Origin: a virus
DNA length: 64,000 nt
Strand: one strand, 5' to 3'
Virus record (IMG/VR): IMGVR_UViG_3300005529_000029
Coordinates: 1-64,000 of that record
This document shows, one piece after another, positions 30,731 to 40,266 of this stretch (position 1 is its first letter; the number at the start of each line of letters is the position of its first letter). Position numbers and translations under genes: made by a program. The notes beneath the pieces are model-generated. The model saw only the letters and a program-made list of their open reading frames with translations, did not search any database and was not told where the DNA came from.

Positions 30731-31541
30731 ATCCCTTAACTCCTTCTATGCAGGATTTCCAATTAGATGGATCCGTAATATCAATGCATATTTCTATCGA
30801 CGTTGGCAGTTGAGACTTCAACAAGGTGATAAGCGACTGAACTGTAGCCTGAGCTGAGGCGACAATTGTATGAAGTTGCTGATCTCCAATAGAGGCAAAA
30901 ACAGGATCGTTAAAAAGTCCGGCAATTTGTTGGCCTAAATTTAGAGCCTGAAGAATTGGTGGTCCTGTAAAGTTTGTATTATCGGTAATGATCTTCCCGG
31001 CCTGTTCTTCCAAGTCGATTGACTTGCCCCAGATCTCATTAATAGCATTCGACTGAGAGTTAAGTTGCGCGATCTGGTCATGGCGCTGTTTATCAGTTAG
31101 AGTCTTATCGGCCTTAAGTTGCGCCAATTTTGTGCGATAGACATTCATGTAGGTATCCATCGCGGTACGACCGGAAAACCGAATATCATCCACATATTTC
31201 AGAGCCTTCTGTTGTGGGGTCTGCTGAACTTGCGTTGATGGTTTTGGAGTTCCACATCCATATTGAGGGATTAAAATCATAGAGCATAATAGAAATACGA
31301 GAATGATCTTTGTGGCCTGGCCAAAGTTTCCTGGTGTTGGCGCATTTGGATCGTATGGTTCTTGGGCAGACGATCCATCAGGGTTATATGAATGTGCGAT
31401 GATCGCTACGATTCCCTGAACGAACACAATCCCAAGCGCAATCCAGGGTTTTACTTTGTCTGACGCAATCGGAGTCGCCAGGTTTAGAAGATGAACGAGC
31501 AATGCACAAATCTGAATCAAAACATTTGTTTTTCGAGTCAT
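30720..31541 (-). CDS. Membrane protein: holin-like N-terminus plus lipobox-like segment
   Basis: Two N-terminal TM segments, third hydrophobic segment ending QYGC. Confidence 0.5.
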   Translation of the reverse strand: MTRKTNVLIQICALLVHLLNLATPIASDKVKPWIALGIVFVQGIVAIIAHSYNPDGSSAQEPYDPNAPTPGNFGQATKIILVFLLCSMILIPQYGCGTPKPSTQVQQTPQQKALKYVDDIRFSGRTAMDTYMNVYRTKLAQLKADKTLTDKQRHDQIAQLNSQSNAINEIWGKSIDLEEQAGKIITDNTNFTGPPILQALNLGQQIAGLFNDPVFASIGDQQLHTIVASAQATVQSLITLLKSQLPTSIEICIDITDPSNWKSCIEGVKGYEF

Positions 31542-31546
31542 TTGAC

Positions 31547-32143
31547 CTATCTCCTATTTTTTAACTCATTAGCTAAATTCATATTGTGACTAACGGCATA
31601 CCAGTGAGCTCCAGCAATCCCATGAAGCATTGCTTCATAGATTCGGGCATCGATCTTTTTGTGTGTAAACCCAAGTCTCATAATAACTGGCAATGTGGCC
31701 AAGCCAGCATCAATACCAATTGCAGTGGGAACGCTCAATTGACGTTTGCTATTTTTTGCGATACCAGTTTCGATGCAGCCAAATTTCTGACAGTGGAGTT
31801 GAGATTCAATATCGGCAGTCACGCTCGCCGCATAATCCGCCATCGATAGGATGCACCAAACTCCACAATGAACATCGGGTTGTGTGGGTCCAATATGACC
31901 CTGAATAGTCTGTTGCCACGGCATGTTCTGGGCTATTTTCGATTGATCAAAATCTCGAGCTGAGATAGGAGCGACATTAAGATGTGGCACCTTAAGCAAT
32001 TTGGGTTTGACTGCATCGATCCCATTGCCATTAAATTGCACTTTGGGCATTTCCAGGTGAACGACTTTTGTACTGGCCATCTGTCCATAAGCGGCTCCAA
32101 GGAATCCAAAGAGACAGATCAATAGGGAGAGGGTCTTTTTCAT
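31547..32143 (-). CDS. Secreted/membrane hypothetical protein
   Basis: Signal peptide MKKTLSLLICLFGFLGAAYG. Confidence 0.55.
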   Translation of the reverse strand: MKKTLSLLICLFGFLGAAYGQMASTKVVHLEMPKVQFNGNGIDAVKPKLLKVPHLNVAPISARDFDQSKIAQNMPWQQTIQGHIGPTQPDVHCGVWCILSMADYAASVTADIESQLHCQKFGCIETGIAKNSKRQLSVPTAIGIDAGLATLPVIMRLGFTHKKIDARIYEAMLHGIAGAHWYAVSHNMNLANELKNRR

Positions 32144-32763
32144 AATGGTACCTCGCTTGAAGATTGGTCTATGATGAGTGCTTCAGAAAGAATTCGTTCG
32201 AAGGTCACAGCTAATCCGGCAATAGTTGCGGCCGAATCCTGGCCATTAATAATCCTGCGACACTCGATATACGCCTTGCAGATTTCCTCAAGAGCTATTG
32301 GAGTTTGATCATTCAGATAATCATTGAGAGATTTGCCAGTGAATAGACCTTGACGCATTCCAAGGGATGCAATCTGATATGCAATCTCCGGCTGGCAGGC
32401 AAGTTCAGGATCATTGACGAGATCCTGATTAATTAGGCGACCGAGTTTTAAGTAATTGTCTTTCCACGTTAACTGAATGTAACCGCGGCCATAATAGACA
32501 AGTCCGGTCTTCGCATCTGGCATTCCATAAGATCGACCCTTCCCTTTTCCAAACTCCTCGCGCGGTAAGAATGTATGCGCCGTTTCCCATTTGATCGTTG
32601 CTAGAAGATAGGCATGTTTCTCAAGAACTAATGGCTCCTTGAACTGATCATCGGCATTGATAAATCCAAGGACTTGTCGGAGTCCCGCTGGCTGAATATG
32701 TCCAGGAAACGCGCGTGGATAAGCAGATACGGTTTGGTCGACATTATACATATCGACCTCCAC
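32140..32763 (-). CDS. Endolysin, glycoside hydrolase family 19
   Basis: AYLLATIKWET, YYGRGYIQLTWKDNY, RRIING. Confidence 0.9.
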   Translation of the reverse strand: MEVDMYNVDQTVSAYPRAFPGHIQPAGLRQVLGFINADDQFKEPLVLEKHAYLLATIKWETAHTFLPREEFGKGKGRSYGMPDAKTGLVYYGRGYIQLTWKDNYLKLGRLINQDLVNDPELACQPEIAYQIASLGMRQGLFTGKSLNDYLNDQTPIALEEICKAYIECRRIINGQDSAATIAGLAVTFERILSEALIIDQSSSEVPL

Positions 32764-32941
32764 TCATCCGGAAAAATGGAGCGCTGGCCTTCAGTGACGA
32801 AGGTTTTCCTGACTGGTTGTCAGTCGCATCAGCGTAAATGCTTCCAGCGCTTAAAATCTGTGCAGATATATAGGTGGGCACTGAGGAGAGAGTTGTCATC
32901 TTTTTGGCCGCAGAATAAAGAAATTTACGATCGCCTCCCAA

Positions 32942-32970
32942 AAACTAAGTAAAAGGTCTTTAAATGTCAA
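32942..32970 (-). promoter_or_regulatory. Putative late-operon promoter
   Basis: Minus strand TTGACA-17-TAGTTT; shares TTGACATTTA with the 25.15 kb promoter. Confidence 0.5.
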
Positions 32971-33030
32971 TATAAAAGTGTTAATGTATACGCAAAAATC
33001 AATACATTTCTGATTTCTTTAGGAGAATTT

Positions 33031-33774
33031 ATGAGTGCTGAGGTCGAATCATCAATCGAATCATCTGAGGTCAAACATCGGAAGAGTCAGATACTTATCA
33101 ATAATTGTTGCCAGCATATAGAAGCGGCTATTCTAAAATGTTTTCCAGAATACTATTGGGAGCACTGGATGGTAGTTGAAGATTCTCGGTATGAGCCATT
33201 GGCCGGAAAACCGCTGATGATAATTCTCGGTTTGGGCTATCGCTCAGTCAGAGATGATGTGATTCGATCAATAGCAAAGAAGCATCCGGAAGTGCTGATC
33301 ATCTCGCTTTTTAATATTGGCCGCCCTGGCTTTCGAGCAATACTCGAGGATACATTCACGCCGTTTCATATCGAGCTTCTAAATTTCGTAAAGGGATTAC
33401 CGGCGTTAATAACCTGTGATTGTGCAACTCAGCCAAAGAGTTTACAGGCATCGCAGATCCTCGAGCGCGCGAAAGAAGTTATCTATCGTCGTTATAAAGA
33501 GGCGCCACTAAATCTCTGGACTGTGGCAGATGAACTCAAGATTACGGCATCCCAGCTTTCAGCCTTTTTGAATCGAGGGGCAGGCATCAGTTTTCGAGCA
33601 TTACTGCAGGGAATCCGGATCGAGAAAGCAAAAGAGTTGATGACGTCACACCCGCAGATGTCAATTAAACAGATAGCATATTCTGTGGGATTTTCTGACA
33701 CGCATTATTTCTCACGATGCTTTCATAAAGTTGTCGGAGTGACCCCGACCGAATATAATAAGGGCAATGGATAA
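33031..33774 (+). CDS. AraC-family transcriptional regulator
   Basis: RIEKAKELM...SIKQIAYSVGFSDTHYFSRCFHKVVGVTPTEY. Confidence 0.92.
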   Translation: MSAEVESSIESSEVKHRKSQILINNCCQHIEAAILKCFPEYYWEHWMVVEDSRYEPLAGKPLMIILGLGYRSVRDDVIRSIAKKHPEVLIISLFNIGRPGFRAILEDTFTPFHIELLNFVKGLPALITCDCATQPKSLQASQILERAKEVIYRRYKEAPLNLWTVADELKITASQLSAFLNRGAGISFRALLQGIRIEKAKELMTSHPQMSIKQIAYSVGFSDTHYFSRCFHKVVGVTPTEYNKGNG

Positions 33775-34021
33775 ACGATATTATCTTCGGGCTCGTATCT
33801 GGGGTATGACCTCTCTTGAAATTGATAAGATGAGGGAGGATACATCTATCAAAATTATTTGTGCAGTTCAGCAGGTGGCAGATCGCTTGAAGAAAACCTA
33901 TCCAGATATCGCAGATCGAATTTTTACAATTGAATCCTATACAAACGCTTTTCCGGATAAATCGGAAATCCTTGTACGACACGCTGACCAAATTGTCATA
34001 GACGAACCTGATGGAAAATAA
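33767..34021 (+). CDS. Hypothetical protein
   Basis: Overlaps AraC stop; operon. Confidence 0.5.
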   Translation: MDKRYYLRARIWGMTSLEIDKMREDTSIKIICAVQQVADRLKKTYPDIADRIFTIESYTNAFPDKSEILVRHADQIVIDEPDGK

Positions 34022-34277
34022 TAAAGAGTCTTGGGCCACATCTAGCAATTCGGATCCAGTCTCGGATCTCAAGAGGTCCATAGAAAAGGCATTCGAATCT
34101 GTCGATAGCATTGCTTACTCCGATTGGGATATTTCCAGATCTGGGAGAGACAAGACGTCGTTTTCATTACTCGACGTTAAATCTGGTAAGATCATCAGCC
34201 CTAACTTTGATACTGAAGATGAACTGGCCAATTGGATGATGCAGAATTGGAGAAAACTTCATCTTGGAACTCACTGA
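34011..34277 (+). CDS. Hypothetical protein
   Basis: Overlapping operon gene. Confidence 0.5.
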   Translation: MENNKESWATSSNSDPVSDLKRSIEKAFESVDSIAYSDWDISRSGRDKTSFSLLDVKSGKIISPNFDTEDELANWMMQNWRKLHLGTH

Positions 34278-34509
34278 AGAAAACATTAAGGCATTCATTT
34301 CCTGGCTCTACGATCAGGATGGATTCACCGAGTCGATGGTTCGATCAGTTGAGAGTTTTCTCAGAAAAATTAGCGAGACACATCAAAACGCGGACCAATT
34401 CTCAATGAGACTCCAAGGTATGCATTACAACTTTAGCTTTAAGACTTTCCCGGATTTTAAGATCACTGAACTTAACAAATCACTGCAATGTGTCGATAGC
34501 GATTTATGA
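34264..34509 (+). CDS. Hypothetical protein
   Basis: GGAG RBS, overlapping operon gene. Confidence 0.5.
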   Translation: MELTEENIKAFISWLYDQDGFTESMVRSVESFLRKISETHQNADQFSMRLQGMHYNFSFKTFPDFKITELNKSLQCVDSDL

Positions 34510-34819
34510 TATAATTCCACCTATGGGATTGATCCTTCTTATCATTGGCTTGGCAGTCGGCTTCACGATCGGCTTCATTCTGAACTGCCAGCCTGGATGG
34601 AAGGAACTGCTCTCGCTCCGAACCTCAATCAAGTTATACCAGCAGGTCTTCGGCAAATATCCTGACGACGATCTCAAAAAGTTTTTAGATCCTTCTTGCA
34701 TCGACAAACCGCGCCCCGCTGTTGACTGGAGTAGCGACCAGCCTATCGAAGTCACTTATACTCCAGTCCAGCATAAACGGATCGCTCCAGATCAGTGGCA
34801 ATGGAAAGCCGAGGAATGA
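34490..34819 (+). CDS. Hypothetical membrane protein
   Basis: N-terminal TM segment. Confidence 0.5.
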   Translation: MSIAIYDIIPPMGLILLIIGLAVGFTIGFILNCQPGWKELLSLRTSIKLYQQVFGKYPDDDLKKFLDPSCIDKPRPAVDWSSDQPIEVTYTPVQHKRIAPDQWQWKAEE

Positions 34820-35061
34820 TGATCACTACGATAGATTCTGTACCTGATTTAAGCAATTTTCGCGATCAGACAATTTTGCAGTTTAATGTATCTTGGCTAA
34901 TGTCCGATCAGATCACTGCTTTAATCGGTAAACTGATCTCAATTGATGGAGTGGCTGGTATCTGGCAAATAAAAAAGTGCGAGACTCGACTTCCTGGATT
35001 CACCACCGTAACTCTTTATGGATATGCTCCATCTAATGAGAAAACCCAGCAATCAAAATGA
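34795..35061 (+). CDS. Hypothetical protein
   Basis: Overlapping operon gene. Confidence 0.45.
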   Translation: MAMESRGMMITTIDSVPDLSNFRDQTILQFNVSWLMSDQITALIGKLISIDGVAGIWQIKKCETRLPGFTTVTLYGYAPSNEKTQQSK

Positions 35062-35240
35062 ATTATATAACCATCATTAATCCAACACCACGCGAACTCC
35101 CAGTCCAAATAACTGTATCCTCACCACTGGATAGATATGTATCTCCTAATGCGCTAGAATTGCCAGTACAGATTTCCATTAGTTGTCCTGTGCCGCCAAC
35201 TCCAGTTTCTGATTTGCAATTGCTATCCCTTCGCTATTAG
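35058..35240 (+). CDS. Small protein with internal ELPVQI duplication
   Basis: ATGA coupling; ELPVQITVS / ELPVQISIS. Confidence 0.4.
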   Translation: MNYITIINPTPRELPVQITVSSPLDRYVSPNALELPVQISISCPVPPTPVSDLQLLSLRY

Positions 35241-35424
35241 CGAATTTCTTTGTGCAATTTTTTATTTCCTGATTTTTCCACTCGCTTCATACGCATATTT
35301 TTGTTTTGGATATTTCGACAAGAGCGCTTATATGTGCCTGGCGCGCCAGCGCATTGCGACCCCCTTTAGCGAGCTAACGATCCACCCCTGGCACTAGCCT
35401 GGCGCGGGTTAGGTAGGGGAGCGT

Positions 35425-35886
35425 GTCAGGTAATCGGAGCTCGGTCGTATTAGGTAACTACCTGATACTGCGCGAGTTACGGTCATTTTGATACGTCACT
35501 TCGACTAATTCACTCAAAAATGTCGAATAGACACACAGATTTGTTACCTTCGGTGACGATTAACCAGAATCGGGTCAGTTCGACTCAAAACCGGTTAATT
35601 GACCGTCTTTAAACATATCCACTCGTCAGGTAATATCTTGATAAGTGTACATAATAAGACGTTTAGATACAGTAAGATAGGGATTATCTAGCGTAAGCTA
35701 TTACAAATAAAGCGTTTATCGTGACTTATGGCATGACGGTTGTATATAAGGTAGGTGACTCTAAACGAGTTCGGTCTCTGACAATCCATTACCTATAAAC
35801 CTGACTGTCTCATATTGTACGTCATTCTGACAGGAAAGACGGTCAGGTAATGACAGGTGACTGGGTTCGACCGTTCTTTGACAATC
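35425..35886. repeat. Dispersed GTCAGGTAAT repeats and two boxA-like motifs in a non-coding block
   Basis: GTCAGGTAAT at 35425, 35625, 35842; GGTCTCTGACAATC at 35773 and GTTCTTTGACAATC at 35873. Confidence 0.6.
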
Positions 35887-35932
35887 GAAGTACCACGACC
35901 GAAATCACATCTTAAGTATCGGAGATAATCAC

Positions 35933-36316
35933 ATGTCAACCAATACCAATATCGTTAACGTCAACGCTCTGTCTTCTGATAAGGCTGCTGAAATCCGGCG
36001 ACGTATCGAGGAAAAGCGGGCACAGAAGATTGACACTGAGGTTAAGGTCGAGATCGCGAATGAGCAGCTTGGCGAGCAGATCAAAGACTTCGCCACGCAG
36101 ATCATGGCCAAGTGCGATCAGTACATCATGTGTGTCGAGGAAGGCCGTCTTGAGGAGCTGCCCATGGACGCAGGGCTTCCGGCAATCTACAAGGAGCTCA
36201 ACAAGCGCGTCACTTGGATTAAGGACAATTACAAGTTTATTAAGACGGGCGAGCACACAAACTTCAAGAGAGCTGGGCTGCAGAATCCGGTTCTGGCTGA
36301 AATTATCGGCGAGTAG
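35933..36316 (+). CDS. Hypothetical early protein
   Basis: GGAG RBS, GC3-rich codons, followed by terminator. Confidence 0.75.
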   Translation: MSTNTNIVNVNALSSDKAAEIRRRIEEKRAQKIDTEVKVEIANEQLGEQIKDFATQIMAKCDQYIMCVEEGRLEELPMDAGLPAIYKELNKRVTWIKDNYKFIKTGEHTNFKRAGLQNPVLAEIIGE

Positions 36317-36338
36317 TTAAACCTTAACATCGGTTAGC

Positions 36339-36366
36339 GGGTCCGGTTTGGTGTCCCGGACCCTTT
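36339..36366 (+). terminator. Intrinsic terminator-like hairpin
   Basis: GGGTCCGG...CCGGACCC-TTT. Confidence 0.55.
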
Positions 36367-36387
36367 GTCATTTTACAGGAGCGCGAC

Positions 36388-36555
36388 ATGGATACGTTAA
36401 CTCTTATCAATGGATACAATGAAGCAGCGAAGGTACTAGGCCAAGCAAAGATAGATGCCGTTCATGATGCCCAAGCAATTTATAGTCAGGTCTATCGAAT
36501 TGACGAGTATATAAATGGGCAGATCATGGCATTGCTTGCCGAGCTGAAAGGCTAA
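36388..36555 (+). CDS. Small hypothetical protein (55 aa, below ORF-track cutoff)
   Basis: AGGAG RBS; MDTLTLINGYNEAAK...ELKG. Confidence 0.55.
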   Translation: MDTLTLINGYNEAAKVLGQAKIDAVHDAQAIYSQVYRIDEYINGQIMALLAELKG

Positions 36556-36577
36556 TGATTCCCATAGGCGAATGACC

Positions 36578-36609
36578 AAGGGGAGCGGGTTGCCACCGAC
36601 TCCCCTTTT
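36578..36609 (+). terminator. Intrinsic terminator
   Basis: AAGGGGAG...CTCCCCTTTT. Confidence 0.65.
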
Positions 36610-36866
36610 CTTATGCCCAGGCGATGCCAGGCGATGCCAGGCGCGCAGCTAGAAGTGTACATTAAGCGAGCTGGATCCTGGCAGCATAGCGCGCCGGCGC
36701 AGCCTTGCCCGAGTAAGTAGCCAGGTGTACAGGCGCAGCCAGCTTGATCTTGCAGGCTATTCACGGCGCGCATTAAGCATTCATGGGCAAGCATAGATCT
36801 ACGAGCGCTAATCGAACCAAGGGCGCTTAGCAAATCATCAGGCAATACTTTAAGAAGGAGCAGCGA

Positions 36867-37295
36867 ATGAAAGCACGAAGAATAGATGGGCAGGTTATAG
36901 ATATTCAAACTGGCCAGCAATTAACCGGCAAGGCGCTGGAAAGCATCACGATTACTTGGGCTGATATGAAAGGCGGGATCGGAGTCAGGTTCGATGACTG
37001 GCTCTTCGAGTGTGTGCTTGTTAGGCTTAGCCCAATTGATCCCGTAAATAGCTCACGAAATCATCAAGCTATTAACAGTCTAAAAGAATTTCTAGACTAT
37101 AACGTTCGAGTTAAGCAGCAGCGCGTGGAGATCCTGGAATCACGGATCGCGGTATTATCAGAAGTGCCAGCGGATCGCTTTGACGCTCGGGCGTTTGAGC
37201 AAGCGCTATCTCTCAAAGAAGCTGATCTGCAGAAAGTCAAGTTAGAGCTCGAACAATTCAAATCCTGGCGCGATCTGATCACCAGCCAATTCTAG
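36867..37295 (+). CDS. Hypothetical coiled-coil protein
   Basis: AAGGAG RBS. Confidence 0.65.
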   Translation: MKARRIDGQVIDIQTGQQLTGKALESITITWADMKGGIGVRFDDWLFECVLVRLSPIDPVNSSRNHQAINSLKEFLDYNVRVKQQRVEILESRIAVLSEVPADRFDARAFEQALSLKEADLQKVKLELEQFKSWRDLITSQF

Positions 37296-37331
37296 AATCG
37301 ATTCTACATTTGTAGCAATATGCTTTTTATG

Positions 37332-37411
37332 TTGACGCATCTCTACACGCTTGTGTATAGTTGCCAAAGTCCAGCAAAACAGCAATATCAACTCTACACA
37401 GCTTTGTATAG
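37332..37411 (+). promoter_or_regulatory. sigma70 promoter with two 20-bp palindromic operators
   Basis: TTGACG-18-TATAGT (extended -10); CTCTACA-N6-TGTATAG at 37341 and 37392, third copy at 37620. Confidence 0.7.
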
Positions 37412-37420
37412 TTACGACCT

Positions 37421-37720
37421 ATGGAACGATTCTCAATTAAGCAGGCAGCAAGTAGGCTCGGCGTTATTCCTCGCCGCGTCTACCAGTTCATCGAACAGGG
37501 TAGGCTTGTCGCGCAAACTGATGAGTTCTCAGGCAAATTATTCATTACCGGCGATCAGCTTACCAAATTCAAGCGCCTGGATCGATCGCCAGGTAATCCC
37601 AATTTCAAGCAAAAGACATCTCTACACAGCGATGTAGAGTTAGACGCAGAGTCCACTGATACCGCGAGAACTTTTGAGCCTGATCCGGAAAGCAATTGGG
37701 CTCGCGCTTTTGACGATTAA
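37421..37720 (+). CDS. Excisionase-like HTH DNA-binding protein
   Basis: FSIKQAASRLGVIPRRVYQFIEQGRL. Confidence 0.75.
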   Translation: MERFSIKQAASRLGVIPRRVYQFIEQGRLVAQTDEFSGKLFITGDQLTKFKRLDRSPGNPNFKQKTSLHSDVELDAESTDTARTFEPDPESNWARAFDD

Positions 37721-38069
37721 TAGGCAGCATAGAGATATGATTAAGCCATTTGATAGCAGCTAATTAGCTAAATATGACATTCGCTGTCATATTTGCAGCA
37801 GATGCGCGCGCGGCGGCTTGGGGCAAAGCGCAATTTTAAAAAGATCACGGGCGATTCTCAGGGTCAAATACCAGGTAAAAAAGGTCAACGCAGAACGATC
37901 TACGACTCATCGTACAACAAAATAGTGCACAATCATCCAATTGAGCCTTAATGACACAGGGAGCGGGTATATGAGCCATATAGAAACACGAGCGAAATAG
38001 GCTTATAGGTATATCCCTGACGTAAGGTAATCCTAAGGAATAAGGGCAGATAAAGGCTATTAGTCTGAG

Positions 38070-38133
38070 TTGATTTCATAAGCTAATCTATGTTAAAGTG
38101 TCCTCGGTTTTTGTGTACATTTAGGGACATTTA
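38070..38133 (+). promoter_or_regulatory. Putative early promoter with tandem ACATTTA
   Basis: TTGATT-18-TAAAGT; ACATTTA at 38117 and 38127. Confidence 0.5.
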
Positions 38134-38160
38134 CGGAGCTATAGAGCGGAGGGTAAAGCA

Positions 38161-38367
38161 ATGGCAGATCGGGATATGGATGCTCTCAACTTAAATGAGC
38201 CAGAAGAGGCAAGTCCGCGTGATCTGGCAAGTTTCTGCGGTTTAGAGGCTGGTAAATGCGTAAGGAATGGGTCTGCTGATAGTGCCAGGTACTACGCTCG
38301 ATGGGCAGCACATTATGGATTTGAGGCATTGCTCAAAGAAGAGAGGGATAATGATCATGGGTTATAG
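38161..38367 (+). CDS. Hypothetical protein
   Basis: GGAGG RBS. Confidence 0.6.
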   Translation: MADRDMDALNLNEPEEASPRDLASFCGLEAGKCVRNGSADSARYYARWAAHYGFEALLKEERDNDHGL

Positions 38368-38548
38368 ACCACCGCGACCGCCATTACGTGTTAGAGATAT
38401 CTTTCCGGCACCACCCTGCCCTGATCCTCCAGGCGATGGACGTTGTAAATCTTGTGGCGCTCCCCTCAGTAGGGAGTTCGTCATTAAAGGTCACTGCGGT
38501 TACTGCGGAATCACGATCCATCAACGGCAAGTTCCACGTGAAACATAG
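38351..38548 (+). CDS. Small zinc-ribbon protein
   Basis: CKSCG...CGYCG. Confidence 0.45.
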   Translation: MIMGYRPPRPPLRVRDIFPAPPCPDPPGDGRCKSCGAPLSREFVIKGHCGYCGITIHQRQVPRET

Positions 38549-38742
38549 GCGAAATTATGAAATCAAACACAGTTCATAAGAACCAAGCGGGCTCGATTCC
38601 TTGTGGCGTCGATAGAGGCTACAACAAGATTAGAGCAAAGCAGATCTTCGTCACTTCCCACGATTGGCGCGTTGTCACCTGCAAACGTTGCCTTCTCACA
38701 ATAAGCAAAAGCAAAAAGAGCAATAAAGGAGCATAAAAAATT

Positions 38743-38985
38743 ATGATTATCGAGATTGATGGAGTTCAAACTAGTGACGTCCAGGTGGCGAAAGTCACCT
38801 TCCAGAAATGCGATGAACTTCCATTTGACTTCAGCTTGGTTTTTGGAGCGGATCATTCGATTAAGGCTGAGGCTGAAATGGATGGCGAAATGCTTGATTT
38901 AACACCATTAATTGGTTCTCTCAATATCATTGAAATGTTTAAAAATCGTGAGGGAGCATCGGCAAACGCTACCGGAGGTTTCTAA
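38743..38985 (+). CDS. Hypothetical protein
   Basis: AAGGAG RBS. Confidence 0.55.
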   Translation: MIIEIDGVQTSDVQVAKVTFQKCDELPFDFSLVFGADHSIKAEAEMDGEMLDLTPLIGSLNIIEMFKNREGASANATGGF

Positions 38986-38986
38986 T

Positions 38987-39286
38987 ATGTCGTTGCAAGA
39001 CTTCGATTCCCTTCCCGATGATACGACCGTTGACACTATCACCGCAGTCCTCAGAGCCGCGCGCCAGTCATTTACCAATGAAGAGACTCTAATAAAAGCC
39101 TGCATTCTCTGTGATACCGAATACCATATACCGGTGGAAGCCTCCGACCTGGCTGAATACAAGAGTCCGGATCGGCGCAAGATCCAGGAAGTCTTTCCTT
39201 ACCTTCCTTCTGGCGATCGCGAGCTCCTCATCTCTGGCATCTGTGAGAAATGCTTCGATGATTATTGCGAGGAGGATGAAGACTAA
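38987..39286 (+). CDS. Conserved phage zinc-binding protein
   Basis: CILC...IQEVFPYL...RELLISGICEKCFD; GGAGG RBS. Confidence 0.65.
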   Translation: MSLQDFDSLPDDTTVDTITAVLRAARQSFTNEETLIKACILCDTEYHIPVEASDLAEYKSPDRRKIQEVFPYLPSGDRELLISGICEKCFDDYCEEDED

Positions 39287-39672
39287 TGGCCGCGATTAAT
39301 CCCGCAAAGCTTTATTCAACTGTCTGGGGTCTCTCAATGTCCGTTGTGAAGCCGATCCGAGTTGAATTATTGGCCAGAGCCAAAAATGGACGGATCGAAT
39401 TCCCTCTGCAGGAGAGCTCGTTAAAGATTTCCAGGCAGATCATCAACTTTCGCCAGTTAATTGTCCAGATGGCCTACAGCGATCTTCAGAATATGCTTGA
39501 TCACGCAGATAAGCCAGAACAGATCAAATATATCCAGGATGGCGTGGCTTTCTCCCATAAAAAGCTTGATGAAGCTATCGAATTTCACCGCGGACTCTTT
39601 GCTGAAATACAGCTCTGGAAGAAGACCAAAAAGCCTTTTCCTCGAGCCTTTGAATCAGTCGAATTTGTATAG
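39286..39672 (+). CDS. Hypothetical protein
   Basis: TAATG coupling. Confidence 0.55.
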   Translation: MAAINPAKLYSTVWGLSMSVVKPIRVELLARAKNGRIEFPLQESSLKISRQIINFRQLIVQMAYSDLQNMLDHADKPEQIKYIQDGVAFSHKKLDEAIEFHRGLFAEIQLWKKTKKPFPRAFESVEFV

Positions 39673-39680
39673 GAGCATTT

Positions 39681-39899
39681 ATGCCAGCACCAGATGACGA
39701 TGCAGAAGATCGAATCTACAAATGGGAGATTGGCCCTTCAATCGACCGCGATTATGACTTTAATGTGACCGATGATGATGATCGAGCAGCTCAAATCCTT
39801 TATGAGATCGCTGAACACGAAATCGACAATCTGTTACCTGGCAAGTCGACTACGATAACCATTAAGCATAACAAGATCGAACCAAAACCTAATTCCTGA
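39681..39899 (+). CDS. Hypothetical acidic protein
   Basis: AGGAG RBS. Confidence 0.55.
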   Translation: MPAPDDDAEDRIYKWEIGPSIDRDYDFNVTDDDDRAAQILYEIAEHEIDNLLPGKSTTITIKHNKIEPKPNS

Positions 39900-39934
39900 A
39901 AGCGCTTTCACCAATTTCAAAAGGAGATAATCAC

Positions 39935-40255
39935 ATGGGCTATGAAACTTACCATCAACTCTACATTGACACCAATAATGAAGCCATCTGGAAGGCGATT
40001 GACGAGGATCCGACATATGCGGATGTCAAATATGCTGTCGGTTCTGATGGAACTAGCGGCGATAGCTGTAAATGGTATGACCACGAGGTAGATATGAGGC
40101 GCCTCTCGGCCCAATTTCCAGATGTTCTTTTCACCCTTAATGGCTCTGACGAAAATAACGAGGACATCTGGATCGAATACTATAAAGGCGGCAAGATGCA
40201 ACGGTGTCCAGCCATAATCACTTTTGATGAGTACGATGAATCAAAGCTAAGTTAA
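39935..40255 (+). CDS. Conserved phage protein (MGY...KWY type)
   Basis: KWYDHEVDMRRLSAQFPDVLFTLNG motif; AAGGAG RBS. Confidence 0.7.
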   Translation: MGYETYHQLYIDTNNEAIWKAIDEDPTYADVKYAVGSDGTSGDSCKWYDHEVDMRRLSAQFPDVLFTLNGSDENNEDIWIEYYKGGKMQRCPAIITFDEYDESKLS

Positions 40256-40266
40256 GGAGCAATTCC

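Noticed and set aside
2500-32700. Many plus-strand ORFs over the late operon (and minus-strand ORFs over the early region)
   Set aside because: Antisense shadows of long, well-supported genes
37758-37794. Palindromes AGCTAATTAGCT and AAATATGACA-5-TGTCATATTT
   Set aside because: Real but single-copy, with no promoter or U-tract context to assign a function
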